The notes below the pieces were generated by a model. It saw only the letters and a program-made list of their open reading frames with translations. It was not told the DNA's origin and did not search any database. The position numbers and the translations under genes were made by a program. Of a DNA stretch of 64,000 nt, positions 1 to 11,269 are shown in pieces. Each line of letters opens with the position of its first letter. Within the stretch, counting starts at the first letter, position 1. The stretch comes from Octopus bimaculoides (taxonomy: Eukaryota): contig NC_068981.1 in the NCBI RefSeq assembly GCF_001194135.2, positions 23,377,194-23,441,193 on the forward strand. The letters run 5' to 3'.

Positions 1-58
<58 letters not shown>

Positions 59-900
59 AATGGTCTAAAGTTGTATACTACAGGTGGTTCCATTACAGAC
101 AGTACACGAATTCACTAGTTACTGAAATGAATTTCTCTTCAAGAAAAATGTGCCAGAGTAACCTCGAATAGAAGGAAATTAATAAAAGAACCATTAAAAT
201 CATATTAAAGAAATAGACTGAAGAAAAAAAAAGACAGAGTCAAATACGGATTTGCAAATACTTAGAAATTAATGAACTAGTTATATCACAACACATACGA
301 ATGAAGAAAAAATTACGAAGGAATGTTAAAGATTTATTAGATTAATTCTTAAGACAGTGCTTTGCTTGTTTAGTTATCACGTGCAAACAAGTATGACCTG
401 GTGACTTATACCACAGTTTCGTTAATAGTTTTAGGTACTTGTGTTGTCGCGATCAGACATAGATACTCTCTTAGCTTACCTTCTTTTGATCTGTGAGGAA
501 ATCGAGGATATGAAAGCTGGAGGAAGGGGGTTAAGTCAACAGTCGGCTAGTACACATATCTGGGGCAGGCAACGTTCGGTCCAGAAATGAATTTGTGGTT
601 GTGAGCCCGACGCCTTAACTCCGAGGCTACATGTCTTCACAAATTAGAACTAAAACCAAAATCTTATTTTCATAAATAGAGATAAAAGCAATTAATTTTC
701 ATAAATATTTATTTTCATAAAAAAATAAAAAGAGCTAAATGCAAATAAATAATTAATGAGCATTCCTATTACATCATGGGAGGCCATTTTAAAATATTAA
801 TATCACACAAAGCGTTAAAATTCACCTAGGAGTTATTTCATGAGGTATTAAACTTTTCGTCGCACAACGGTAACCTGGTCACTAACACACTTCCACTGTA

Positions 901-1327
901 GGCACAGGTGTGACTGTGTGGTTAAAAAGCTCGTTTTGCAACCACGTGCTTTTAGGATCAGTCCTACTCTGTGGCACCGTGGGCAAATGTCTGCCGCTAT
1001 AGCCTCGGGCGGACCAATGTTTTGGAAATGAATTTGGCAGATGGAAATTGTGTGGAAGCCTATCATAAACACGCACACACACACACACACACACACATGT
1101 ATTTATTTGCATGTGTGTCTTTGCATTTGTTTTTGTTCCTCCACCGATCGACGACCGGTGTTCGTTTGTTTACGTCCCTGTAACTTAATAGTTTGACTAA
1201 AGAGACCAATGGAATACATACCAAACTTAAAAATAAGAACTGGAATCGACTTATTCGACCAAAATCGATTCCCCAGCATGGTTGCAGTCCGATAACTGCA
1301 GCAAGTAATGAAATAAAAACGAAAAGA
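901..1327 (+). mobile_element. SINE family A (tRNA-derived head, CORE-like segment, internal microsatellite), diverged full-length copy
   Basis: Head GGTGTGACTGTGTGGTTAA...GGATCAGTCC (A/B-box-like), GTGGCACCGTGGGCAAATGTC, internal (CA)n, 3' tail CCCCAGCATGGTTGCAGTC...AAGTAATGAAATAAAA; homologous to copies at 32501 and 54226. Confidence 0.85.
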
Positions 1328-1743
1328 CAGTGGAAGACTGCCTGAGACAAAAATGTTGATATCTCATTAAATAAATTTAGAATTTGAAGTGAATTTAATA
1401 GCTTCGTGCATTATTACATGGATGGAATGGATCTTCCACAATGTAATTATTTCCGTTTCAACAGATGGTCTCAGGTCAAGTAAGATTCCGGATTTACTAT
1501 TATTATAGATATTATAGTGATAGTTATTGCTGTAATATTCTCAAGTGTGAAATAAATTAATGAAACTGAACCAGAAGGCATGAAATATATAAACTGCATT
1601 TGTAATACATCACCCTAACTCTAAAAGAGAATGATTATATTTGCATCGCATAAAAAGAGAGAGATATATAGGTCTTCGGCAACTCGAAAATAATTGTAAA
1701 ATATCCACTGTAGGAATATAATAAAGAAAACGCAAACACCCAC

Positions 1744-1869
<126 letters not shown>

Positions 1870-2082
1870 GAAATAATAAAGAACGACGAGAAACTAATAC
1901 AAATAACTATAAAATATTTTAAAAAGACCCCGTAACAAGTTTTCTGTCTTCAAGCAAGAAAACCGAAAATAAATATTGAGATAACAAAAAGTTGAGGAGA
2001 ATGGAGAAGCTATAATTAACAATTAAGAGATAATTGAAAAATAATAACTCTAGATACACAGATCTGTGGTCGTTAGAGCAGA

Positions 2083-2113
<31 letters not shown>

Positions 2114-2124
2114 ATCAGAGCCTG

Positions 2125-2940
2125 GATAATTATGGTTTCAAATTTTGTGGAAAGGGATAAGTCGATTACATCGATCCCAGTGTTTAACTGATGCTTATTT
2201 TATCAACCCCGAAAGGATGAAAGGCAAAGTCGACCTCAGTGGAATTGGCAATCAGAACGTAAAGGCGGATGGAATGCCGCTAAGCATTTTGCCTGTCATA
2301 CTAACGATTCTGCCATTTCGAGCCTTAAGAGCCTGAATAATAATCGTTTCTATTCTAGATACAAAGCCTGAAATTTAAGGGGGAAGGCATAGTCGATTAC
2401 ATCGACCTTAATGTTCAACTGGTGCTTATTTTATCGGCCCCGAAAGGATGAAAGGCAAATTGGTCCTCAGCGGAATTTGAACTCAAAATGTAAAGAAGGG
2501 CAAAATGTCGCTAAGCATTTTGCCCAGCGAGCTAACCCTAAGATCTTGAATAATAATACTTTTCACAAGGCCTGAAATTTGGGTGGGGGAGGACCAGTCG
2601 ATTAGATCGACCCCAGTATGCATCTCGAAAGGATGAAAGGCAAAGTCGACCTCGGCGGAATTTGAACTCAGAACATAAAAACAGACGAAATACCGCGAAG
2701 CATTTCGCCCGGCGTGCTAACGATTCTCCCAGCTCGCTACTTTGATCCTGACGATGATATCTTTTCTTTTTCCTATAAGCACAAGGTCTGAAAGTTTGGT
2801 AGGGGGGAGCTTGTTGATTAGATCAAGGATGTAAAGCAAAGTTGGTCTCGTCAAAATTTGAACTCAGAATTCAGATAGCTGAGAGCTGCTGCAAGGCATT
2901 TTCCCTATAGCTTTTGAGAATCTGCCAAGTATCCACGCTG
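2125..2940 (-). mobile_element. Tandem array of four SINE family B copies (2125-2326, 2336-2539, 2549-2742, 2751-2940)
   Basis: Each unit has GAAAGGATGAAAGGCAAAGTCGACCTC-like and GGAATTTGAACTCAGAAC-like motifs (rc B-box GAGTTCAAATTCC) and an (ATT)n-type tail; all in the same orientation. Confidence 0.9.
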
Positions 2941-3480
2941 TTTCTTTATTAGCCACAAGAACTCGAAAGTTACAATAAAATAAGATACACTGAAGATTAA
3001 ACAGAGGACTTACATAGTCTTGTGCGATGGCACAAACAAGTTATCTGAAGATGAAGGAAGAATTGAAAGACGTTGAATAATTAAATATGGGGGCAAGTTA
3101 TGAATTCATGAAAACAACAAATACTTATATAGAATAAGTAAAAAAAAAAGGAAAAAATACAAAAAGCACACAATAATCTTGTCTAATGTTATTTAGAAAT
3201 TTGTTCCAATAATCTATCCTCTTCGTGATTCCTGAAGTGACTTCCTCTTCCCAATTCCCACCCAGCAATACAGTCTGGAAAGTCCTGGAGTACATCATAC
3301 AGGTGTTCATTGAGATATTTGTTAGCTTTGCAAAAAGCTGCGAACTTATTTCATTGATGGTGGAGAGGGTTCATTCACAAAGAAGTTGGGCTCTCCTTCA
3401 CAGAAAATAGCCTTCGCTTCACTAGAAAGGGGCTCCTGAGTCTGGACCGGTGTCATCGAAAATAGATAGATAGAGTATAC
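2941..3480 (-). mobile_element. Probable unclassified retroelement 3' end
   Basis: Minus strand ends in CTTGTGGCTAATAAAGAAA, the terminal motif also seen at 5418, 6945, 7285, 50828 and 54768; no recognisable protein motif. Confidence 0.35.
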
Positions 3481-3679
3481 ATATAATATATATNNNNNNN
3501 NNNATATATATATATATATATATATATATGAAAGAAAGCCACGAATGACCTGTCCTTTTCTTTCCTGTTACTCTGTTGTTTTTCCTGTCCGCCTTTTGCA
3601 TCGTCTATCTGTCCAGATGTTTTATTGTCCTCTATTGCGTTTTTGTTTCATTTATATATATATATATTTATATATTATA

Positions 3680-4048
3680 CAGGGTGATTCAAAAGTCGCT
3701 ATACATAGGAATAATTTATCTTTTTATAAGAAACAGTTTAGGAGAACAGTTTTTTCTTTTATTTATTTAACAGGCTCAATATGGTTACCATTGTTTTGAA
3801 TAGACATTGCAATACGTTTAGCCCTCTCATTGTGAACTCGTAATAGCACATCTGGTGATACGTATGCAAATGAATTGGTGAAGCGTTCCTTCAAATGATT
3901 TATGCCTTTTATCTTTCCGTGATACACCATGCCTTTCAAATGCCACCCAAGATAGAAATCAAGAGGGGTTAGATCAGGGGATCGAGGGGATCTTATAAAC
4001 TGTTACCTATAACAGTTTATGCGTATGCAGATTTTTTGAATCACCCTG
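3680..4048 (-). mobile_element. Internally deleted Tc1/mariner-superfamily element with transposase C-terminal remnant
   Basis: TIR CAGGGTGATTCAAAA at both ends, TA flanks (3678-79, 4049-50); minus strand 3990->3763 reads PRSPDLTPLDFYLGWHLKGMVYHGKIKGINHLKERF...NNGNHIEPVK*, matching the WPPRSPDLTPLDF(F/Y)LWG-type motif. Confidence 0.9.
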
Positions 4049-4552
4049 TATATTAGCGAATTTCAACGCGATGCAATTCATAAGTGTGGGTTGGTGTTAA
4101 TTCATGACGATTCTTTCGTATTGATACGTACATATCATAAATTATAACATCTCCGTCACCGTTAAGGCACGCACATACACAAGGCAAGCACATACACAAA
4201 TACACTCAAGCACATGCGTATACACAAACATATACACAAGCACACACGCACAAGTGAGTTTTCACGCACGTACGCATTTGATTAATTGGACGTTTAAGAT
4301 AGAATAACAACAAGCATGGATTATTCCATTTAGAAACTGAAATTAGTGGAGTAGGTTGTTGAGAAGTTGTAATTAAATCTAAAGTGACATATAAAACATC
4401 CAGTATTTATTCCTTACATTAGTGCCAACTTCAATATATTCGATTGTGAGGCAGAAAACGACTGTACAGACTTACTATACAAACGCATACACTTTAACCT
4501 CTGTGTGTGTGTGTCTTTCTCTCTCTAAGTAGTTATCTATCTATCTATGTAC

Positions 4553-4591
<39 letters not shown>

Positions 4592-4593
<2 letters not shown>

Positions 4594-4780
4594 GAGAATG
4601 TACGAAAAAAACAACAACAGACGAGGACAGGTGGTGTAAACAACAAAAGGATGTATTAGTATGACGCTCGGGAATACGGAAAGTCTTTAACGTTTCGAGC
4701 TACGCTCTTCAACAGAAAGAATACGGAGACAAGGAGAAAAACACGGAGAAAAAAAATTGAATAGTGTCCAGTCAGCGGTC
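4592..4780 (-). mobile_element. Penelope-like element (PLE) pseudo-LTR fragment abutting (TA)n
   Basis: Minus strand TCTTTCTGTTGAAGAGCGTAGCTCGAAACGTTAAAGA, a PLE-style hammerhead-like motif, plus T-rich UTR-like flanks. Confidence 0.6.
4684..4720 (-). ncRNA. Variant minimal type I hammerhead-like motif (CUGUUGA core)
   Basis: Stem I UCUUU/AAAGA, core CUGUUGA + extra A, stem II GAGC-GUA-GCUC, GAAA, palindromic ACGU stem III; A6 replaced by U. Confidence 0.5.
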
Positions 4781-4790
4781 AATATATATA

Positions 4791-5168
4791 TTCTCTTTTA
4801 CTCTTTTGCTTGTTTCAGTCATTTGACTGCGGCCATGCTGGAGCACCACCTTTAGTCGAGCAAATCGACCCCATGACTTATTCTTTGTAAGCTTAGTACT
4901 TATTCTATCGGTCCACTTTGCCGAACCGCTAGTATACAGGGACGTAAACACACCAGCAACGGTTGTCAAGCGATGTTGGAGGGAGGGGCAAACACAAACA
5001 AACATACACACACATATATATACATATACATATATACGACGGGCTTCTTTCAGTTTCCGTCTAACAAATTCACTCACAAGGCTTTGGCCAGCCCGAGGCT
5101 ATAGTAGTAGACACTTGCCCAAGGTGCCACGCAGTGGGACTGAACTCGGAACCATTTGGTTGGTAAGC
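4791..5168 (-). mobile_element. SINE family A, young near-full-length copy
   Basis: TTTCAGTCATTTGACTGCGGCCATGCTGGAGCACC tail (rc), short internal (CA)/(TA) tract, CCCAAGGTGCCACGCAGTGGGACTGAAC head (rc). Confidence 0.9.
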
Positions 5169-5414
5169 ATTCAATTTGCCATAAAGGCAGTACACAGAGG
5201 AGTAGCTACGGGCTGGACAAACACATTAATGAGATGAGATGAATGATGAGTAAGATGGTATTAATGGGAGAAGACAGGTGCCGCCCGCCGAACTCTGCTT
5301 CTTTAAATCATTGTTCTTTTATAAATTTATACATAAGTTTACAACTTGAGGCTATAAACCTCTTACTTTACAATTTCAATTCATCATTTCTTTAAAATGA
5401 GTCACTTGCCTCTT

Positions 5415-5788
5415 ACAATTTTCTTTTTATGGGCCACAAGCCCTTTCAATATGAGGCACTCGTCTTCTTACATTTTACCGCCCGACCAGACTCCGTGCTT
5501 CACTTAAGCACCTCGCTGGTTCATCATCGGGTCACTTCAGTAAGAAACGGAATGCGTCTTTGGGGAAGGAATTCATCACCCTGTACAAGTCTGTCTCCCA
5601 CACGACCTCCGCAGTCACCTGCGGAGGCCAACTAGGGTTCTTGGTACAGGTGAGGATCCCTCTCGTCCGACCCTTCCTAGCAAACTTTTTAACAAAATTT
5701 TAAACGGCCCCTCCCTTGTGGAAGAGGATTACAAATTCCTCCTCCTCCTCATAGGGCAAGTTCCGCAAGTTACACGATTCGGAAACAG
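5415..5788 (-). mobile_element. GC-richer decayed coding-like fragment, probable LINE 3' end (unclassified, possibly L1/Tx1-like)
   Basis: One minus-strand frame reads ~110 codons with few stops (VSESCNLRNLPY...QVTAEVVWETDLYRV...), ending near CTTGTGGCCCATAAAAAGAAAA; cut by the gap at 5789. Confidence 0.35.
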
Positions 5789-6036
5789 NNNNNNNNNNNN
5801 NNNNNNNNNNNNNNNNNNNNNNNNNNNNNNNNNNNNNNNNNNNNNNNNNNNNNNNNNNNNNNNNNNNNNNNNNNNNNNNNNNNNNNNNNNNNNNNNNNNN
5901 NNNNNNNNNNNNNNNNNNNNNNNNNNNNNNNNNNNNNNNNNNNNNNNNNNNNNNNNNNNNNNNNNNNNNNNNNNNNNNNNNNNNNNNNNNNNNNNNNNNN
6001 NNNNNNNNNNNNNNNNNNNNNNNNNNNNNNNNNNNN

Positions 6037-6087
<51 letters not shown>

Positions 6088-6720
6088 GTATGTATGTATG
6101 TATGTATGTATGCGGACTTTAAACTGTATCTAAGGACAGCCATTCAGAACTGCCCAATACATGTAGGGCAAGTGATCTATTAAAACTAAATTTCTAACAC
6201 GTGATTAGTGTTTCATACCACTGCGATCTCCTGGCAAGGACTGCTCAAACTCAGTTATGGAGGTCTAGTTATTTTCTTTGGTCTGAGTGTGTCCTCATCT
6301 TTGTGCGTGCGTTCATTGGCTTGCGTTTTGCATTGGTTGATTGACTGTTATTTTTCGGCCTCTTCACTAGTTATTGTTTCATAAAATCGTGTGTGTTACA
6401 TTTCTTTATTCATAATAAATTCATTATTCTACTTAAGGCCGTATTTCAAAGATTTTTTTTTCTTAGTGTCATATTTGCAAATGTCAGAGATTTCTGAAAT
6501 TACTTTTGAATGAGTTTAACCGTGAAACTAATTAAGGATAGTTCTATTGTAAAAAAGTGTTTCATAGCTGAGTGATTTTGGCTTGAATCTTGGGACTCAT
6601 TTGCGTTATTCAATAGGAGCAAATATTTAAGGTGTTTGTTTTGTGTAGGTGTGTGTGGGAATATCTGGAATTATGATTGTTGTGTGTCAAGACAAAAGAC
6701 TATAGCTAAGATATTTAAGA

Positions 6721-6768
<48 letters not shown>

Positions 6769-6779
6769 GCACGTGCAGA

Positions 6780-6940
6780 GGAGCGGGATTCAGTGGTTAA
6801 GGGTTTGGATTCATGATCATAAGATTGGTTCCAATTTCTGAACCGGGCAATGTGTTGTGTGCTTGGTCAAAACACTTCCTTTCACAATGTTCCAAGCCAT
6901 CCAGCTGTCAAAAATGAGTAATCCTGCGACAGACCAGTAT
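6780..6940 (+). mobile_element. SINE family D (tRNA head + CORE-like), degraded
   Basis: CAGTGGTTAAGGG head, CTTGGTCAAAACACTT...CCAGCTGTCAAAAATGAGTA; similar to 28667-29004. Confidence 0.6.
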
Positions 6941-7020
6941 ATTAGCCACAAGGGCCGTCAAAAATAAGACTTTAGAAACATGAAGAAGAAGAACTTTAAT
7001 AATGAAAATGAACGAAAAAA

Positions 7021-7160
7021 TAACTAGCGGTTCAGCAGAAGAGACCGATAGAATAAGTACGAGGCTTACAAAGAATAAGTCCTGAGGTCGACAATTTGCT
7101 CGACTAAAGGTGGTGCTCCAGCATGGCCACAGTTAAGTGACTGAAGCAAGTAAAAGAGTA
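7021..7160 (+). mobile_element. SINE family A, 3' half
   Basis: GAGACCGATAGAATAAGTAC...GGTGCTCCAGCATGGCCACAG...AAGTAAAAGAG. Confidence 0.85.
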
Positions 7161-7281
7161 AATACATACTTCACAGAAAAGCGAGTAATCAAGAGCACAG
7201 TCGATATTATGACGTATTTCGCTTTCAGGAACGGCCATGTCATTTAATAAATCTGTTGGTGGTAGAACAAGCTAATGTTTC

Positions 7282-7515
7282 CTATTTCTTTACTGCCCAT
7301 ACGGGGCTAAACATAGAGGGGACAAACAAGGACAGACAAAGGGATTAAGTCTATTACATCGACCCCAGTGCGTAACTGGTGCTTAATTTATCGACCCCGA
7401 AAGGATGAAAGGCAAAGTCGACCTCGGCGGAATTTAAACTCAGAACGTAATAGTAGACGAAATACCGCTAAGCATTTCGCCCGGCTTGCTAACGTTTCTG
7501 CCAGCTCGCTGCCTT
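7282..7515 (-). mobile_element. SINE family B, long-tail variant (B2), full length with 7-bp TSD
   Basis: rc starts AAGGCAGCGAGCTGGCAGAAACGTTAGC; TSD ATGTTTC at 7275-7281 and 7516-7522; close match to 50828-51057. Confidence 0.92.
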
Positions 7516-7659
7516 ATGTTTCTACATAAGATCAAGCTAATGTTTCCATGGGGGTTTCTTGTTTATGCTTTGGATATTTATTGCAAATGCAATTATCGTA
7601 AAGAAACTTCAGAAACCCAAAGTATTTTCTTTATTGTTATTGTTGTTATTTAACTTCAG

Positions 7660-7850
7660 GTTAGGTCCTGATCGAGTAGACATCAAGATCAAAGGTGTTA
7701 CAAACCATATCTGTCTTGTAATTCTCTCGTGCATTGCTCACCTCGGACTGCATTATCTAATGTAGCTTTCACCGTTCATAACTACAGGGTGCAGTATGAG
7801 AGAGATTTGGCTGTTGCTTTTCGCAGATTGAGCGACTACGTAGCGGTTCT
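7660..7850 (+). mobile_element. Interspersed repeat family E (SINE-like), degraded
   Basis: GATCAAAGGTGTT...GAGAGAGATTTGGCTGTTG..GAGCGACTACGTAG; related pieces at ~21595-22150 and ~37530-37700. Confidence 0.5.
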
Positions 7851-7962
7851 TTGAGTTTTGTTGTTTGCACGCCTACCAACATCTTCCGTGAATTGCATGT
7901 ATTTGACTCTGTTCTATGATTGTCGATTTATTGTCAAACGATCCAGTTGATATGTACATGCA

Positions 7963-8028
<66 letters not shown>

Positions 8029-8148
8029 ATATACATAACGAAGAAGAAAGAGAAAAGCAGAAAACGTGTTGTGAAAAAGGAGAGCGAGAAAGAGATTATC
8101 AGTGTGTATAAGACAGATGGTTTGCTAGCTAGCTAGATAGGTAGATAG

Positions 8149-8212
<64 letters not shown>

Positions 8213-8939
8213 AGAGAGAAAGAGGGAGAGAAATGTGGTATAAAAGTATATAAGAATGAAGGAGGTGGAGTAGATATATTTCGCAGTATAGAAAGCTCTG
8301 GAGCTGCAGAGAATAACGAACCTATTTATAAGCTTCAAAGCAAAAGTGAGTAAAAGTGACTGAGTGAGCGTGTGAGCATGTGTCTGTGCGTGTATGTGTG
8401 CGTGCGTGTATATGTGTGTGTTTGTGCGCGCGCATGTGAAAAGGATATTGATAAATAAAGAGCGAGACTGGAGTCATTTTACTACTTTTTAAATAAACGT
8501 GTTCGAAACAAGATCAGCGACTGATTCCAAAACATTTTAATATACTTTAGACTGATATTTCTTCAAATTGTATAATCCTTTTTAAATATTACAAGAAGTC
8601 ATAGAAAACTCACTGGATCTAATGAAACATGCGTAAACAAGATGCATAAAATACCGACATGACGATAGCTAAATTAAATGCAAATATTTTGCAAAATTCA
8701 AATTATTTTGCTTCATTTGAAGAAATTGTAAATGCATGCCTTGAGGCTGATGAAGCACTTGAAATATTTTATATAAATTATGTAACACCAATATCCAAAT
8801 TAAATGTTAAAATCACTTTGTAGACACATTGGTATCAGAATGCTGGCCGAATAAAAGAAGGAACATGCCAATATAATAAAATGTTTGAATCGTTGCAACC
8901 ACTGCATATAACATAGAAGCGAGCAGGGCTGGTGATGTA

Positions 8940-10219
8940 TTGATGTCATCCCATAAATAATGTTGCTTTTTTTTATACTTCTTTTATTTTTCAAAATTAA
9001 GATTAACAAAGTTCTTTTTGAATATAAAATATACTCTCCTTCATTTTCTACGATGCTTTTCCATCTATCTGGTAGACTTGCAAGGCCCCTCCTCCAAAAT
9101 TCACATCTCCCTGATGAAAAATACTCCTCCAGTACTATTCTGACCTCGTCTACAGAATTCATATTTTTTTCCGTTCAAATGATTTTGAAGACTGCGGAAT
9201 AAATGATAATCAGATGGTGCAATATCCAACGAATATGGTGGGTGGCGTCTCGTTTCCCATTCAAACTGTTCCAGCCTTTGGAATATCATCCTTGCTGTAT
9301 GTGACTGAGCACTATCCTGATGGAAGGACACCATTCGTCTTGGCACCAAAGTTGGTCGTTTTTCTTCTAGCGCTGACTTAAGCCACTCAAGCTGCTCGCA
9401 GTAGAACTCTTTTGTCATCGTTTGGTTTGAGTTTAAAAGTTCAAAGTAGACTAAACCTTTCATATCCCATCAAACATCTTACGTGGGTGAAGACTATCTT
9501 TATCCCGGGTGCCGGTGTTTTTCCTTTCCCTACCCACTGTCTTCGGCGCTTGACATTTTTATAGAGAAACCATTTCTCGTCTCCAGTCACCATTCGGTCC
9601 AAAAAAGGTTCATTCGTGAGATGTAACAGCAAAGAAGAGCACATATTCACTCTCTGCGCGCGATTAGACTCGGAAAGTTTGTGAGGAACCCATTGACCTA
9701 ATTTTCCGACTTTTCCGATTGCACGCAGGTGTCGATGAGTGGTCGAATGACCAAATCCAAGCTTCTCTGCTAGTTCCCCAACAGTTACGATATAGCTTTG
9801 TTCCACCAGGGTTTGCAGGATGTCCTCGTTGAGCTCTACAGATATTTCAGGACGAGACTCGTCTGCTAAGCTGTAAGTTTCTGGTTCGAAATTTCTGAAA
9901 CCACCGTTGAGACTGGCTTACGCTTATCGTCTGATCCCCATATACTGCATTAATATTCCTCGCACTTTCTGTTGCGTTGTTGCCTTTATTGAACTCATAA
10001 AGCAAAATATGCCGAATATACTCCTTTGCCACTTCCATTATGGCATAGAAAAAATGACTTAAAATTGAACTGCATTCTTCAAACCTTGCACTAAGAATAA
10101 ATACAAGGTAAAATTACTATTTGCTTTTATAGCAAGTTGATGTAGGTAGTTTATTCCGTCCCCTCCGACTTTTAGTTCATGCGATTGAAAAAACCCGCAT
10201 TATTTATGGGATGACCCAA
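8940..10219 (-). mobile_element. Full-length (~1.28 kb) mariner DNA transposon
   Basis: Imperfect TIRs (TTGATGTCATCCCATAAATAATG / TTGGGTCATCCCATAAATAATG), TA flanks at 8938-39 and 10220-21, typical mariner length. Confidence 0.95.
9015..10038 (-). pseudogene. Mariner transposase, frameshifted (4 ORF pieces)
   Basis: MEVAKEYIRHILLYEFNKG..., WVPHKL, VTGDEKW, HQDSAQSH, HPPYSLDIAPSDYHLFRSL, LPDRWKSIVENEGEY; DD34D-type triad recognisable but split over frames. Confidence 0.95.
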
Positions 10220-10327
10220 TATAAAGGTACTAATCAACAATAAACAGAGTATGTAGCAGAAATGATATTATAATAGCAAAGACCACTAAGTTATCCACTT
10301 GAGATACTTTTGGACCATTATTGGGTA

Positions 10328-10468
10328 AGTGTCCGCCGAGGCCGACTTTGCTTTTCATCCTTTCGGGGTTGATGAATTAAGTACCAGTGAAACACTGCGG
10401 TTGATGTAATCGACTAGTGCCCTCCCCCCAAATTTCAGGCCTTGTGCCCTATAGTACAAAGGATTATT
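10328..10468 (+). mobile_element. SINE family B, 5'-truncated
   Basis: CCGCCGAGGCCGACTTTGCTTTTCATCCTTTCGGGG...CAGGCCTTGTGCCCTATAGTACAAAGGATTATT. Confidence 0.85.
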
Positions 10469-10475
10469 GGATAGA

Positions 10476-10658
10476 TGCAGGCATGGCTGTGTAATTAAGA
10501 AACTTATTTTGCAACCAGGTGGTTTCAAGTTCCGTCCTACTGCGCGGTGCCTTGGGCAAGTGGTTTCTACCATAACCTCGGGTTGACCAATGCCTTTAGG
10601 GTGAGTTTGGTAGAGGGAAACTGTGCGGAAGCCCGTTGTATATATATATATATATATC

Positions 10659-10700
<42 letters not shown>

Positions 10701-10780
10701 CGACTTAACTTTTCAAAACATGGAGCGGCCATGCTGCTCCAGCATGGCTTCCGTTCAATGACTAAAGCAAGTAAAAGATA
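10476..10780 (+). mobile_element. SINE family A with internal deletion
   Basis: GGCATGGCTGTGTAATTAAG head, (TA)n(TG)n tract, GCTCCAGCATGGC..AATGACTAAAGCAAGTAAAAGA tail. Confidence 0.85.
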
Positions 10781-10884
10781 CAAGTCAGAACTGGGGACCT
10801 TTATTTAAAAATAAAATCTAACAACTGTATTGATGTATTCGCTTACCTATTATCCTTTATGTTATTATTTTGTTTATTGCTGTT

Positions 10885-11260
10885 AAGTCGGTGATTTGGC
10901 AGAAACGTTAGAGTGTCACACAAAATGCTTCGCGTCTTTTCTTCCACCTCAATACGAATTGAGGTCAAATTCGGCTTTTCCTTTCATCCTTCTGGAGTCG
11001 AAAAATAAACACCAGTCAAGCACTGTGGTCGATGTAATCGACTTGCACCTATCCCTAAATTTGTTGGCCATAATTAGAAAGAATTCAAGCCGGCAGAATT
11101 TTTAGAGTTTCAGAAAAAACAAAAAAAAAGAATGGCGTAGGACGAGGCATTACTACAGTATTTCTACTGGCTGTTTATTCTCTGAGTTCTAATCCTGCTG
11201 GCGTCTACTTTGCCTTCCAGCGTCGGTAAAATAAAGTACCAGTCAAGTTGTGGGTCGATT
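10885..11260 (+). mobile_element. Two degraded SINE family B copies in tandem
   Basis: TTGGCAGAAACGTTAG...CCTTTCATCCTTCTGGAGTCG; second unit GAGTTCTAATCC...AAGTACCAGTC. Confidence 0.65.
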
Positions 11261-11269
11261 ATTTTTTTT

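Noticed and set aside
5606-5635. GC hairpin CCTCCGCAG-tcac-CTGCGGAGG followed by CTAG (Helitron 3' end?)
   Set aside because: CTAG is only 4 nt from the hairpin and is followed by G, not the T expected at an A|T Helitron target; no 5' TC end identified.
8745-8772. CTGATGA-AGCACTT-GAAA-TATT hammerhead-like string
   Set aside because: No stem I and only a 2-bp stem II; chance match.
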